Below are positions 28,874 to 39,754 of a DNA stretch of 64,000 nucleotides, piece by piece; the stretch's first letter is position 1, and each line of letters begins with the position of its first letter. Source of the stretch: a virus; the IMG/VR virus record IMGVR_UViG_3300028030_000011, positions 1-64,000 of that record. One strand, written 5' to 3'. Made by a program: the position numbers and the translations under genes. The notes under the pieces are model-generated. The model saw only the letters and a list, made by a program, of their open reading frames with translations, did not search any database and was not told the DNA's origin.

Positions 28874-31800
28874 TTAAAGCATATCATTTATAATATGTAC
28901 TGGTGCAGGAATAATTAAATCCTCTATATTTCCAAATGGATTTCTCATCTTCTCATCAGGAGTCATTAGTAACCAATAATTCTCAAATGGTGTAGCTATA
29001 TCATATACCACTTTTTCAAATGCTTCTATAGCAAGTACAGTCTTAGGATTCTCTCTTAATAGCCTAGACATTACTTTTTGCATTCTAAGATAGTATTTAA
29101 TGAATGGAAACCAAGCTACTTGGTCAGCCCATCTAACAGCTTTACCAAGAGGTATATCATACTGAACAAAATCATCTAATGCTTCATCATATATCTGTTG
29201 ATATGATTTATTTGTATTGTTCTCTTTCTCTAACTCTATTTGAGCATATCTAGCTGTAAAATCACTAGCTTGTGTAAAGTGATACATGAGTTTAAAATAG
29301 TTAGTGTCTTCTGCTAAATACAATTCTCTACCTATTTTTACTACCTTTTCAGGTAATATTTCTTCAACTTTATCTATAGCATCTCTGATAGGTTTTAGAG
29401 ACTCAAAAGCTTTATTAATAGTTATGTCTTCTATTCTAGCTGACAATAATCCATCATCAATTAAACTTCTTATCTTATTCTGGTTCAATCTACTTTGCAA
29501 ATCTGTAATTAACTCTTCATCATAAAGTAACCCAGAATCTCTTTTAAGCTCTTCTTGCTTAAGTAAATCATCAGTTCTCATATAATCATTGAGATACAAA
29601 AGACCTTCTTTTTGTTTTGCGTATATATCTCTTAAAGAATATCCTTTTGATTTAGTGAGGAATAAGTTAGAAACAAAGTTGCTTAACAACGTAAGAGGAT
29701 ATTTGATAATTACAGTAGCTTTCCATAATCCCATTAATTCTTTCCAAAAATCTTCTGCAAATTTTGCAACTTTCTTCATTGTTGGTATGTCATTAAAAAT
29801 ACTAGATATAGAGCTATCACGAGAACCAAGAAATATATTTTTAGTATTACCATTAGCTGGTATATAGAATCTGCCTTTATATTTATCAACAATATAGTCT
29901 CTAGTATCTTGTGGCAACATATACCATATATCATCATATTCACTTACTTTATTCTCAAAGCCTTTACTAGCAAATGGAGCTGATATTTTTATCCACTCTT
30001 TATTGTCTGTTTTATCTACAAACTTATCAACTGTTTCATTATCTTCTAGTCCAAGTCTAACAATACTATCAATAACTCTAATATTTACTTCTTTTGCTTT
30101 TTGCTTTTCAAATCCTCTAGCTCTTTGGTTCGCATATATATCAGCAATATTGTATGAGTATTTTAGATATTTTTTCTTCTCTTCAAATGATAATGGGTCA
30201 TAATCATAGCGTGAACCATTTCTATTGAATACATACTCAGTATTATGAATTTTTACAAAATTAGGTCTAGCTCTACCATAAAGTTCAAAATACAATTTAT
30301 CTATATCTTGACTAACACTCTTTTCACCATATACTAATGCTCCTCTAGTATATGAATTCATTTCAGGAGTAAGAGAATATACATGAATATTACCCGGACT
30401 AAATGGATTCTTAATTATCTTAATTCTTTCTCCACCTAATTCTCTGACTCTTTTTATTTCATCTTTGTTACTGTCTAATATATTTACTACAGAATTAACT
30501 TTACTACTGTTTTGTATAGCAAGACCATCTTGAACTAAATCAGGGTTATCATGATAGAATTGCTCTAACATCTCTCTCTCATAGCTGTTTGTCATAATCA
30601 TTAAATCATGAAATGCATTCTTATCTTTTGTTACTTTAGATAAAAACTCTTTTTTGTAATTTTTTATTCCTAATAAAGATGCTAAAGCTGTCATCTCATT
30701 CTTTTTGCTAAAATCAAATCTAGTAGCAATAACATGTATATTTCTAAATTTAGTATTCTCATCATGAGTGAGTCTATATTTAACTAGCTTCTTAATGTGT
30801 GGAATAGATTTTTTAGGAACTAATTTTTCTAATCTTCTTATCTCTTCATTTGGATTCTCAATAAGAGATAATATTTGGTCTATTGAATACCCTACATCTA
30901 ATAAATTACCAACTTTAGATGAATTAAGTAAGTTACCTAACAATGACTTCTCATATTCATTTAGACCCATATATTGAATCTTTTCATTAATAAACTCATG
31001 TGTATTGGTTCGTAATTTTTCTCTTACAATATCAACTTCTTTAATTGAATTTCTAAGCTCTTGAACTTCAATGCTAGTATCTTTTGCTGTTTTAAATATA
31101 TTATCACCCAATACTTGCAATTCATCAACTATATTATTTAGGAAACCTTCTTTATCTATTCTCGCTTTAGACATAGAATCAATACCTTTTGAGATAATAT
31201 CACCAATTGCATAACCAAACTCTTTTTTAGAGAATGGAATATTATTCATAGCCATAATAGCTAAAACTTTAGCAATTGTTTTTGTGTCTCCAACTATAAA
31301 TTTAGATATATTTCTTTTTAAAGAATCACTATCTTTTGACATATATTCAATTATATGAAAAACAGAAGATTTATTATCCTTGATTAAATCACTTCTTATT
31401 TTCAATGTTTTACTATGATAGAAGAATGCTAATTTGTTAACATTTGGTTTAATATTTTCATTATATTTATCACCAGCAAATCTAAGAGCTTTATACACAC
31501 CATTAAATACTTTATTCTCATTTTCAATAGTTATTCCTACACTCTGTTTTACAAGTGTTTGTAATTTACTTTGCATATCTAAATCTATTCTTCCATTAGT
31601 GAGAAGCATAGTTAATTTCTTTAATGAAGATGTAACAATATTTACAAGATTACTCAAAATAGAACCATTACCTTTATTCAATATTGTATTCATGCCAGAT
31701 AGATTGTTCATAAAATTCTTATTTGTTAATCCATATGCTGCAAACTCTGATACATCTCCTTTACCACCAAATACATGTTTAGCCATTCTTTTAGCTAATT

Positions 31801-34800
31801 GTTCATCTTCTACTGTATATACACCATCTTTAGGAAGGAATAATTTATATATATCTTTACCATGCTGCTGTTTTAACTCTTTCATCATATCTGTTATTTG
31901 ATTAACAAATATATTTGCGTCTTTTAATGCACCATCAAAAATATTATGAACTAACTCATGCACATATACTTCTTGTGCTGACATGCTCATATTGTCACTA
32001 CCTTGGTTAGCAATAGCTATTTTAGCAACATTCGAACCACTTGCACTACCGTAACTCATACTATCTGTTTTACCTACTGCAACTACAATTGTTTCCATTA
32101 CAGGAGCTATAATACTACTTAAAACATTTGATAGTTTATTGCTGTATTCAGAGCTAATTACATCATTTGACCATTGTTTTATTTTCTCAAATGATTTAAT
32201 TATATTCTCTTTATTTACTTTAAATGTAAAATATGGTTTAAACTCTTCATTTGTATCAAGAGATTGTTTTGTGTTGTTAATCTCTTGTTTTGCTTTTTTA
32301 AGTTTCGTCAAATGACTATTCAATTTGGTCTTATCCAATTGAATAATCTCTATGCCACTATCCTTCATTATTTCATTAACAGCTCTAACTAAAGCATAGC
32401 CTGTTAGGCTTTCAAGTTTTCTAACAGGTATTTTATCAAATGCTTCTAATACATCTTCAAGCTCTATTTTTGATAATTCAGGATTAGAACCATTCTTCAT
32501 GAGATGCTCATAATTTAAATCATTAGCTGTCGTTTTAGTCTTAGGGGTGTAATTATTAATCTCATTATTAAGACCTGTCAATGATTCACTTTGACCTAAT
32601 TTTTCATTTGTCTCTTCTTTATATTTGTCATAAATTTTTTTATGCTCAGTAGTATCTATAGGTTTAAAATCATTTGATTCATTTTTGACATATCTTTCGT
32701 CTACTCCAACAGAATGCTCAATTGTAGTTACAATGTCCTTTAATATGCGTCTGTTTAACTGATTCAATTCAATATGAAAATCAATAGATATAGGGTCAAA
32801 ATATATGCTACCATTATCACCTACTTTTACAGTAGATAAAGTTCCTATCATCATTGAATCTATTTGCTTTTTCGATAATTTATCTTTATCTAATGATTCG
32901 TAGAATCTAAATAATCTATCTGTAGCATATTCAGTATATGGTATTATTTTATTATCTACTTTCATATCATGAACAGATTTAGGCAACATTGCATTTATAT
33001 TTTCTTTAGTCCACTCATAATTGTTAAATGCTATTTTTGCATTTTTAAGAACTTCAACAAATGGTGAATATCCACTATCAATAAGTTTATTAACACTTTT
33101 ATTATATTGTTTAGCTCCACCTTCTGCTGATAGAACAGCATCAAAAATATACAATCCTATATTTTCTTGTGAAGTATTTTTGATAGTGTCTGCAAGTACA
33201 CCAGAGTCAGTCATAAGAGTTGATAGAGCTGGTGTTCTTACTCCAATATCAATCCATGATGTAACTCCAATAGTTTGAGTAGACATCAAATGTCTATCCT
33301 TGCCTTTTGTAGCCACTTTGACTTGATAGTTTTTACCCTTTATAATATTGTTTATTTGGTCATTAAAACCTCTCTTCATTAACTCACCTTGTCTACCCTC
33401 AAAAGTGGTTAAAACAGGTGCTATCCCATCTTTAATGAGCTTATTTGTTATCTCATTGATTACTTGCTTAGAGATAAATCCATGTTCTTTATGATATGCG
33501 TCTAATCGTCTAAAGAACTCATCTAAAAAATATTTATTTTGAAGATTAGATACTCTTTGAGTAATCTCTGTACCTTGCTTAAAAGGAGCTAGAACTTTAT
33601 TTATAGAATCAGTAATCACTTTACCTAAAGTGTTTCTATAATTAGTTCTTAATGTAGCTAACTGTTTAGCAGTAAATTCAAAATCATTTAAATTATAATT
33701 ATATTTATTTGTATTTGTAGGATTCTCTAAACTATGTAACCTCTCATTGAGGTGGTTCATCAATTCTTGAATATTTTCATCATTAAATTGAGACTCTTGT
33801 ACTTTACCATTTATTGTAAGTTTAACCTCTTTCCCATTTGAATCTTTGTTAAAATTAACAATTGATTGAACCATCTGAACGACTAATTGTATCTCTTGCT
33901 TTGTTGATTTACCATTAGCAATATCTTCTATTTTAGTATAAAAATCATCTATCATTTCATCAAATTTACTGTCCTGAATAGACTTGTCACCAGCTGTATA
34001 TCCTTTAGCAATTATAGGTGTTTTAAAGAAGTTTCTAGCTTGTCTAAGAGCTTCTGACCCTTTAGATAATGTATCAGATACAACCCATGATTCTAGCATA
34101 GGCTTAAAAAAGTTATTGAATAGATTATATCTAGCTACTTTAGCATAGTATGCATTCTTTTCGTTAACTGTCTTTAATTCTTTCTTTGGTGGCTCAGGCT
34201 TACGATTATGCTCATAATCATTATCTTTATCCTGCAATCTATTGTGCATTTCAATACCTGATTCTTCATAGTTATCAAGACCTACATAGTCAGTATTTTT
34301 TGTTGTGTCAGTTTGGTTCGTATAGATACCACCTTTATGAAGCATTTCAACAGATTTGCTATCTAATGGATTGAAATAGAATATTGATTGTAAAGTCGAA
34401 CCACTCTGTTTTGCATCAGTCTCTTTTTCAAGTGTAGTTTCAAATATATCACCTTTTTTATTTACAAACTTTTTAAGTTCTACCAATCCTTGAAGAGTAT
34501 ATGCTCCTTCTCCATATTTTTGAACCAGTTCAATAGGAGGATATATAGACTTATCATTGAGATATGACATTAGTTCACTATCTAATAACAACTTACCAAA
34601 CTCTTCTAGTATTTCATCAGGCTTCATATTCTCAGATTTCATTCCAAATGAATCAAGAATAGCTGATTTCCATATTAGCATTCTACCTTCATCTTTAATA
34701 TCAACAGTTCTTTTAGAGTTGATATTATGAGTCAAAAATCTATGTAATTTATTTGACTGAGGGTTAATCAGTTCAGCTACCAAATGCATTCTCTCTTCAC

Positions 34801-37800
34801 TAGCTCTCTTATATTTGTAATACATAGGTGTATTACCTATTGTTTCTATTACCTCCATAAGAGTATCTATTGAATCATCTATTTGTAGATTCTTACCTTT
34901 AATAGAAGCATGTTTAGATGTATGTGAATATATTCCAGCAGTATTAGCAAATTTAAAATCATATCCCATAATAGTTCTAAGATAGTCTCTAAACTCTTTT
35001 TCTCCTAACTCTTGATATAAATCAATTATCTCTTGCTTTATCTGTCTGGGTGCTTGTTGTTGCTTATTTATAGCCTCATCTTTTACTATTTCGTGTGGAG
35101 TGGTTCTCTCTTCTGGTAAATGCATTCTGAACACTTTTTTAAGTACAGCCTTACCTTTACCTCTAATTGGAGATTTATCATTTGCACGAAGGAAATTTAC
35201 TCTTTTATTGCTATCTGTACTGTATGGTATAGCTCTATACGCATTAAACTCTTTCATTGTCATTGAGAACTGTTCTACATTAGCTAAATTAGATGTTCTA
35301 AGCAAATGAGTAGCAAGTAGTGCTATAGCACTACCAAATCTCTCTTTTGCTAATGGGTTATTAGATTGGAGAGAGATATATTCATTCATAAGATTTGACA
35401 TTGAAGAGATAATATTGGATTGTAATTTACCATATTTAAATCTACTTTTCATGGCTACAGTCACATCATGTTCAGAGTTTAAACCAAGAAGTGTAGCTAT
35501 ATCTTCATCAGTATTCTCATTGAACATCTCTCCACCTTGATTCATCATCCCATCAATGGCTACAAATGTAACAAGATTAACAAGAGTATTTTCATCTAAT
35601 CCATTTAACATTTCATTGTATTTATCAGAATCTTCTTTATTGAAATCCATGGCAAATATCTCACCTCTATCAGATATGTTTTGAACCAGTTCTCTAGCTT
35701 GTTTTATTAGGGGTCTAACAATATTGTTAAAATATTGAATCTCCTTATCTTTTGTAGAATAATCATTACCTTGTGTACCTTCAATACTTTGAGATATTAA
35801 ATCCCATGTCTCAAAGGCTTTCATTAAACCAAATTTCACCCCTTTAGGTAATTTCATTTTTTGTAATTTATTATAGAAGCCTTTATCTATTGTATTTATC
35901 TTGGCAATAAATCCATCTGTTAATTTACCTGTAGCTTTTAGCTTCTTCTTGTACTCTGACATCAAAACATTTATATTTTGTTTTCTTGATACTTCATTGG
36001 TTCTATATTGTTTAGATTTTACTTGTAATTCAATTAAAGCACTAAGCTCTTTATTTAAAGAATCAAGTTCTTTTTGAATCTGTTCTTTATTTTTGAAAAG
36101 TTTTGTAATCAGAGAGTTAATCTCTTTTACAAATTGTTTTATTTTTTCAACAATTACTTCTCTTAGTGATGGAAGAATTTCAGATTTCTTATCTTTATTT
36201 AATTTAGATTTTTTACCTTTTTTAAACTTTTTAGTATTCTCTATCCTTTTATTAATGGTTTCTAAATCTTTTTCTAATTTAGCTATTTTTTTCTTTTTAT
36301 CATTTATCTCTTTTTGTACCCCTTTATATCTCTTTTTCCATTTACCATCTTTAGTTTGGTATATTCCATCAAGTTTAGCTTGTAGCTCATCAATTTTTCT
36401 TTCAAGTCTACTAGCTCTTTTATCTTCTTTTACAGGTGTAAGCTCTTTCTTTTTAGTGTTAAAAGATTTCTTTAACTCATTAGCATATTGATTAGCTAAT
36501 TTTCTATTTTGTAAATCTTGTAAACCTTTAGCAAATGCATCTTTAGCTTCATCTATAGTAGATGCTTTCTCTATATTAGAGATATGTGAACCAACTACTT
36601 TTTTATCTTCTTTTATTTGCTTATCTTCTTTAGTATCTTGTTGAGATGGTTCATTAGTTATAGATGTTTCGCTTGGTATTCCACCCCTACTTTTTAAAAA
36701 GTTATTATAGCTCTCATTGACAGCTTTAGCTTCTCTCTCTATTCTATCGACTAATTTAACACTACCATTGTGATTAGCATCTACATACTCTTCTGTACCA
36801 AGACTATTTACTCCAAGAGAAACTCTTTTGCCTGTCGCTCTAGATTCTACAAGTGCTTGTTTGAATCTTATAGCCTTATCATTCATTTGACCAACAAATC
36901 TTTTGTATCCAGACTCTTCTATTTGTTTTGGTGTAGCATCAGATAGTCTTGACTCCCATTGGGAAATACCTACATTATTATTATCACCAGTAAATATCTC
37001 TTTAGAGACTTGATATTTATCTTTTACTTGATTATACTCTTTAGATTTATCAATTTGTTCCTGAACACTTTTATCTTCTGTTCTGATAGTATCAACATTA
37101 GGCATATCCATAAAAGCACTAATATTGGCACTTTCATTATCACTAATAGAGTTTTTAGTTATTGGATTATTATCTACTACACTTTTAAGAGATGCTTTAG
37201 CTGTTTGTATAGAATCAAGTACTTGTTTGATATTTAGGATATTGTCTATATCTTGTAGTGTATAGCCTTTATCTTTTAAAGATTTTGGAACTTTAGGATT
37301 CTCTTTATCGTATAAAGCATCATACTCTTCATCAGTTATAACATTTTGAATTTCATTTGAAATGTTATCAATCTCTTTAACAGCATCTTTACCAATCTTA
37401 TCATGAAACTCTTTTTCAAGATTATCTACTTCATTATACGAGTTAGATGCATCTTCAACAGTTTTAACTTCTTTGCCCATTACTTGATGATAATTAGGCA
37501 TCTTGCTTTGTACTGTATGATATGCTCTCTTCGTATCTATCTTCTTTGCAGTATCTTGTTTAGGTGGTTCATTTACTACTGTAGTCTCTTGTTGTGTAGA
37601 AGGCTCTGTTGTTGGTGTTTGTGGTTCAGGATACTCATTGGTTGCATTAGGTGTTACAGGCTCTGTATTAGATTGCTTTGTCTTAAAATTATCTCTAGCT
37701 CTTGTAAGTGTCTGTAGCAACTCTTCTTTTGATAATTTACTTAAAGACATTTTAGTAATTGTACCAGTATTTCTAATAATAGGACTATTGTCTATAATAG

Positions 37801-39754
37801 TTTGTATTTTGTCTCTATCATTGGTTTTATCAATTATACGGATTAGATTATCAAATTCAAGCTCTCCATCAATATCTTTAAATTTGACTTCTCGTTTGGC
37901 TACTCCACCATCAGGAGTAGGTTCATTTTGAGACATCGTTGTTTTCTTATTTATAGATGTCCTTAAATCAGACGATAATACATTTCCAAGTCTATTAAAC
38001 TCATCTTCTTTAGTTGGTTCAGGCTCTGTAGTGGCTTTTGAACCATCTGTAGAAGGAGTATCATTAGGAGATGGTTCATTATCTTTACCAAAGAACGGTG
38101 TTCCATCGTCATTAGTTGAAATAGACTCATAAAATCTAGCTCTCTCTTTAGCATCTGCTTCATCTTTAATAGCTTGTTGCTCTTTTTGGTACGCTCTATC
38201 CTCCCCTAATCTTCTAGTAGTATCAGGAAGTGAATGTACACTACTCATACCAGCACCAATACTTAGACCTGCTAAAGCACCTTTCAGTACAGTATCAATA
38301 GTCTTTTGGTCTTTAGGGAAGTTATTGCCAAATGCATCAGTACCAAGAGTTGTAGCCAATAACTCTCCATAAGTTTGAACAGCTTCTGTAGAACCCTCCC
38401 ATGCTCCACCTGTAGCTGCTCTTTTTGATAAATCAATGGCTGATGTAAGCATCTCAGTAGTTAATGCTCTTTGAGCTGTAGGAGATGAACCAGCTAGTAA
38501 CTTCTTAATATTATCAATATTAGATGCACCTGCTTTACCTTTTATTATACTTTGAAATGCAAGTCTATCTAATGCATTCTTAGCCAATAAGAAAGTAAAT
38601 GTATTTATAGCACTACCAGATGTTTCTCCATCAAGATTATTCTTAGCTCTTTCTTCTAATGCTGTATTCGTCTCTCCAAGAGTATATGATAATAGACCAC
38701 CATTCTTTAACGCTAAACCTTTAGCACCTTCAAGCATAGCTTTTGTCTTTTCTATTCCTTGAAGTAATTCAGAACCACCATTCACCAATCCTTTAGATGC
38801 ATTAAGCAATGCTCCAGATTCACCTACAGGAGTCATCATTAAAGCCATATCTCCAGCACTCTCAGAGAATAATGCATCAGCTTGTTTAAACGCTTCCCAT
38901 GCTGCTTTAGCATATTTCATTTTATGAGAGTTCTTTGAGTTCCAACCAATCTTTAAATTATGTAATCCCTCATCAAGTGCTATATTTGATTCGGTATCAT
39001 CATAGCTATTTAGTCTATTTGAATACTCTTTATCTTTTAGCTTATTGAAGTATGTGCTGTCTCCAAGATATAATGCATCTCCTTTTTTACTCCCTAGTGC
39101 AGTATCAATTAATGCTGATGTAGTATCTAATGCAAAATCTCCAATTGATGAACTAGCTCTACCAAGTGATGCGTAAGCACCTTTTAGGTCATTCCATGGT
39201 CTTCCGAGAAAACCTAACCCATCATCTGTAGCATCATTGTTATACTCTTTTAAAGCTTCTAGCTCTTTAGCTCTATCATCTTCACCAAGAGCATATAATT
39301 TTTCTATCTCCTTATTGGCTAATTCTTGACGTTTTCTATCGTATTTATTTGAAGATACAGCTTTACCACTAGCAATAGACAAATCAGCTAATTCAGGTAT
39401 ATCAACAAGTAATCTACCATACTTATCTCTTTTTCCTGTATAGTTATTGTATATATCTTTTGCTGTTATTTTGCCAGTATTAATCATCATCTCTAACATA
39501 CTACTACCAGTAGTATTGTCAGGTGTTATACCAGATTCATTTTCTAATTCTTGTGCTTTTTTTGAATCAATTGTTTCTAATGAATCATAACCCTTGAATC
39601 TAAAAATTCTACCTGTTATATTATCCTTTACAGTATCACCATCAATGACTTCTAATGTATTGTCTTTTACGCCAAGAGACTCATCAATTCTGTCATCAGT
39701 AGATGAACCAAGTTTTTGTAACATTTCATCAAATTTATCTAAAGATTGTGGCAT
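28874..39754 (-). CDS. N4-like virion-encapsidated RNA polymerase (3626 aa) with N-terminal thermonuclease-like domain and HExxH motif
   Basis: ERMHL..NPQSNKLHR, motif A ETDAKQSG, motif B RNFFKTPIIAKGYTAG, motif C YIFDA; size; no Cys seen on reading; HELVH. Confidence 0.85.
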   Translation of the reverse strand: MPQSLDKFDEMLQKLGSSTDDRIDESLGVKDNTLEVIDGDTVKDNITGRIFRFKGYDSLETIDSKKAQELENESGITPDNTTGSSMLEMMINTGKITAKDIYNNYTGKRDKYGRLLVDIPELADLSIASGKAVSSNKYDRKRQELANKEIEKLYALGEDDRAKELEALKEYNNDATDDGLGFLGRPWNDLKGAYASLGRASSSIGDFALDTTSALIDTALGSKKGDALYLGDSTYFNKLKDKEYSNRLNSYDDTESNIALDEGLHNLKIGWNSKNSHKMKYAKAAWEAFKQADALFSESAGDMALMMTPVGESGALLNASKGLVNGGSELLQGIEKTKAMLEGAKGLALKNGGLLSYTLGETNTALEERAKNNLDGETSGSAINTFTFLLAKNALDRLAFQSIIKGKAGASNIDNIKKLLAGSSPTAQRALTTEMLTSAIDLSKRAATGGAWEGSTEAVQTYGELLATTLGTDAFGNNFPKDQKTIDTVLKGALAGLSIGAGMSSVHSLPDTTRRLGEDRAYQKEQQAIKDEADAKERARFYESISTNDDGTPFFGKDNEPSPNDTPSTDGSKATTEPEPTKEDEFNRLGNVLSSDLRTSINKKTTMSQNEPTPDGGVAKREVKFKDIDGELEFDNLIRIIDKTNDRDKIQTIIDNSPIIRNTGTITKMSLSKLSKEELLQTLTRARDNFKTKQSNTEPVTPNATNEYPEPQTPTTEPSTQQETTVVNEPPKQDTAKKIDTKRAYHTVQSKMPNYHQVMGKEVKTVEDASNSYNEVDNLEKEFHDKIGKDAVKEIDNISNEIQNVITDEEYDALYDKENPKVPKSLKDKGYTLQDIDNILNIKQVLDSIQTAKASLKSVVDNNPITKNSISDNESANISAFMDMPNVDTIRTEDKSVQEQIDKSKEYNQVKDKYQVSKEIFTGDNNNVGISQWESRLSDATPKQIEESGYKRFVGQMNDKAIRFKQALVESRATGKRVSLGVNSLGTEEYVDANHNGSVKLVDRIEREAKAVNESYNNFLKSRGGIPSETSITNEPSQQDTKEDKQIKEDKKVVGSHISNIEKASTIDEAKDAFAKGLQDLQNRKLANQYANELKKSFNTKKKELTPVKEDKRASRLERKIDELQAKLDGIYQTKDGKWKKRYKGVQKEINDKKKKIAKLEKDLETINKRIENTKKFKKGKKSKLNKDKKSEILPSLREVIVEKIKQFVKEINSLITKLFKNKEQIQKELDSLNKELSALIELQVKSKQYRTNEVSRKQNINVLMSEYKKKLKATGKLTDGFIAKINTIDKGFYNKLQKMKLPKGVKFGLMKAFETWDLISQSIEGTQGNDYSTKDKEIQYFNNIVRPLIKQARELVQNISDRGEIFAMDFNKEDSDKYNEMLNGLDENTLVNLVTFVAIDGMMNQGGEMFNENTDEDIATLLGLNSEHDVTVAMKSRFKYGKLQSNIISSMSNLMNEYISLQSNNPLAKERFGSAIALLATHLLRTSNLANVEQFSMTMKEFNAYRAIPYSTDSNKRVNFLRANDKSPIRGKGKAVLKKVFRMHLPEERTTPHEIVKDEAINKQQQAPRQIKQEIIDLYQELGEKEFRDYLRTIMGYDFKFANTAGIYSHTSKHASIKGKNLQIDDSIDTLMEVIETIGNTPMYYKYKRASEERMHLVAELINPQSNKLHRFLTHNINSKRTVDIKDEGRMLIWKSAILDSFGMKSENMKPDEILEEFGKLLLDSELMSYLNDKSIYPPIELVQKYGEGAYTLQGLVELKKFVNKKGDIFETTLEKETDAKQSGSTLQSIFYFNPLDSKSVEMLHKGGIYTNQTDTTKNTDYVGLDNYEESGIEMHNRLQDKDNDYEHNRKPEPPKKELKTVNEKNAYYAKVARYNLFNNFFKPMLESWVVSDTLSKGSEALRQARNFFKTPIIAKGYTAGDKSIQDSKFDEMIDDFYTKIEDIANGKSTKQEIQLVVQMVQSIVNFNKDSNGKEVKLTINGKVQESQFNDENIQELMNHLNERLHSLENPTNTNKYNYNLNDFEFTAKQLATLRTNYRNTLGKVITDSINKVLAPFKQGTEITQRVSNLQNKYFLDEFFRRLDAYHKEHGFISKQVINEITNKLIKDGIAPVLTTFEGRQGELMKRGFNDQINNIIKGKNYQVKVATKGKDRHLMSTQTIGVTSWIDIGVRTPALSTLMTDSGVLADTIKNTSQENIGLYIFDAVLSAEGGAKQYNKSVNKLIDSGYSPFVEVLKNAKIAFNNYEWTKENINAMLPKSVHDMKVDNKIIPYTEYATDRLFRFYESLDKDKLSKKQIDSMMIGTLSTVKVGDNGSIYFDPISIDFHIELNQLNRRILKDIVTTIEHSVGVDERYVKNESNDFKPIDTTEHKKIYDKYKEETNEKLGQSESLTGLNNEINNYTPKTKTTANDLNYEHLMKNGSNPELSKIELEDVLEAFDKIPVRKLESLTGYALVRAVNEIMKDSGIEIIQLDKTKLNSHLTKLKKAKQEINNTKQSLDTNEEFKPYFTFKVNKENIIKSFEKIKQWSNDVISSEYSNKLSNVLSSIIAPVMETIVVAVGKTDSMSYGSASGSNVAKIAIANQGSDNMSMSAQEVYVHELVHNIFDGALKDANIFVNQITDMMKELKQQHGKDIYKLFLPKDGVYTVEDEQLAKRMAKHVFGGKGDVSEFAAYGLTNKNFMNNLSGMNTILNKGNGSILSNLVNIVTSSLKKLTMLLTNGRIDLDMQSKLQTLVKQSVGITIENENKVFNGVYKALRFAGDKYNENIKPNVNKLAFFYHSKTLKIRSDLIKDNKSSVFHIIEYMSKDSDSLKRNISKFIVGDTKTIAKVLAIMAMNNIPFSKKEFGYAIGDIISKGIDSMSKARIDKEGFLNNIVDELQVLGDNIFKTAKDTSIEVQELRNSIKEVDIVREKLRTNTHEFINEKIQYMGLNEYEKSLLGNLLNSSKVGNLLDVGYSIDQILSLIENPNEEIRRLEKLVPKKSIPHIKKLVKYRLTHDENTKFRNIHVIATRFDFSKKNEMTALASLLGIKNYKKEFLSKVTKDKNAFHDLMIMTNSYEREMLEQFYHDNPDLVQDGLAIQNSSKVNSVVNILDSNKDEIKRVRELGGERIKIIKNPFSPGNIHVYSLTPEMNSYTRGALVYGEKSVSQDIDKLYFELYGRARPNFVKIHNTEYVFNRNGSRYDYDPLSFEEKKKYLKYSYNIADIYANQRARGFEKQKAKEVNIRVIDSIVRLGLEDNETVDKFVDKTDNKEWIKISAPFASKGFENKVSEYDDIWYMLPQDTRDYIVDKYKGRFYIPANGNTKNIFLGSRDSSISSIFNDIPTMKKVAKFAEDFWKELMGLWKATVIIKYPLTLLSNFVSNLFLTKSKGYSLRDIYAKQKEGLLYLNDYMRTDDLLKQEELKRDSGLLYDEELITDLQSRLNQNKIRSLIDDGLLSARIEDITINKAFESLKPIRDAIDKVEEILPEKVVKIGRELYLAEDTNYFKLMYHFTQASDFTARYAQIELEKENNTNKSYQQIYDEALDDFVQYDIPLGKAVRWADQVAWFPFIKYYLRMQKVMSRLLRENPKTVLAIEAFEKVVYDIATPFENYWLLMTPDEKMRNPFGNIEDLIIPAPVHIINDML

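Noticed and set aside
29304-38163. Many short plus-strand ORFs inside the vRNAP gene, and similar antisense ORFs elsewhere (e.g. 746-979, 5112-5438, 22375-22695, 55680-56647)
   Set aside because: Shadow frames of real genes; no RBS, composition mirrors the opposite-strand codon bias
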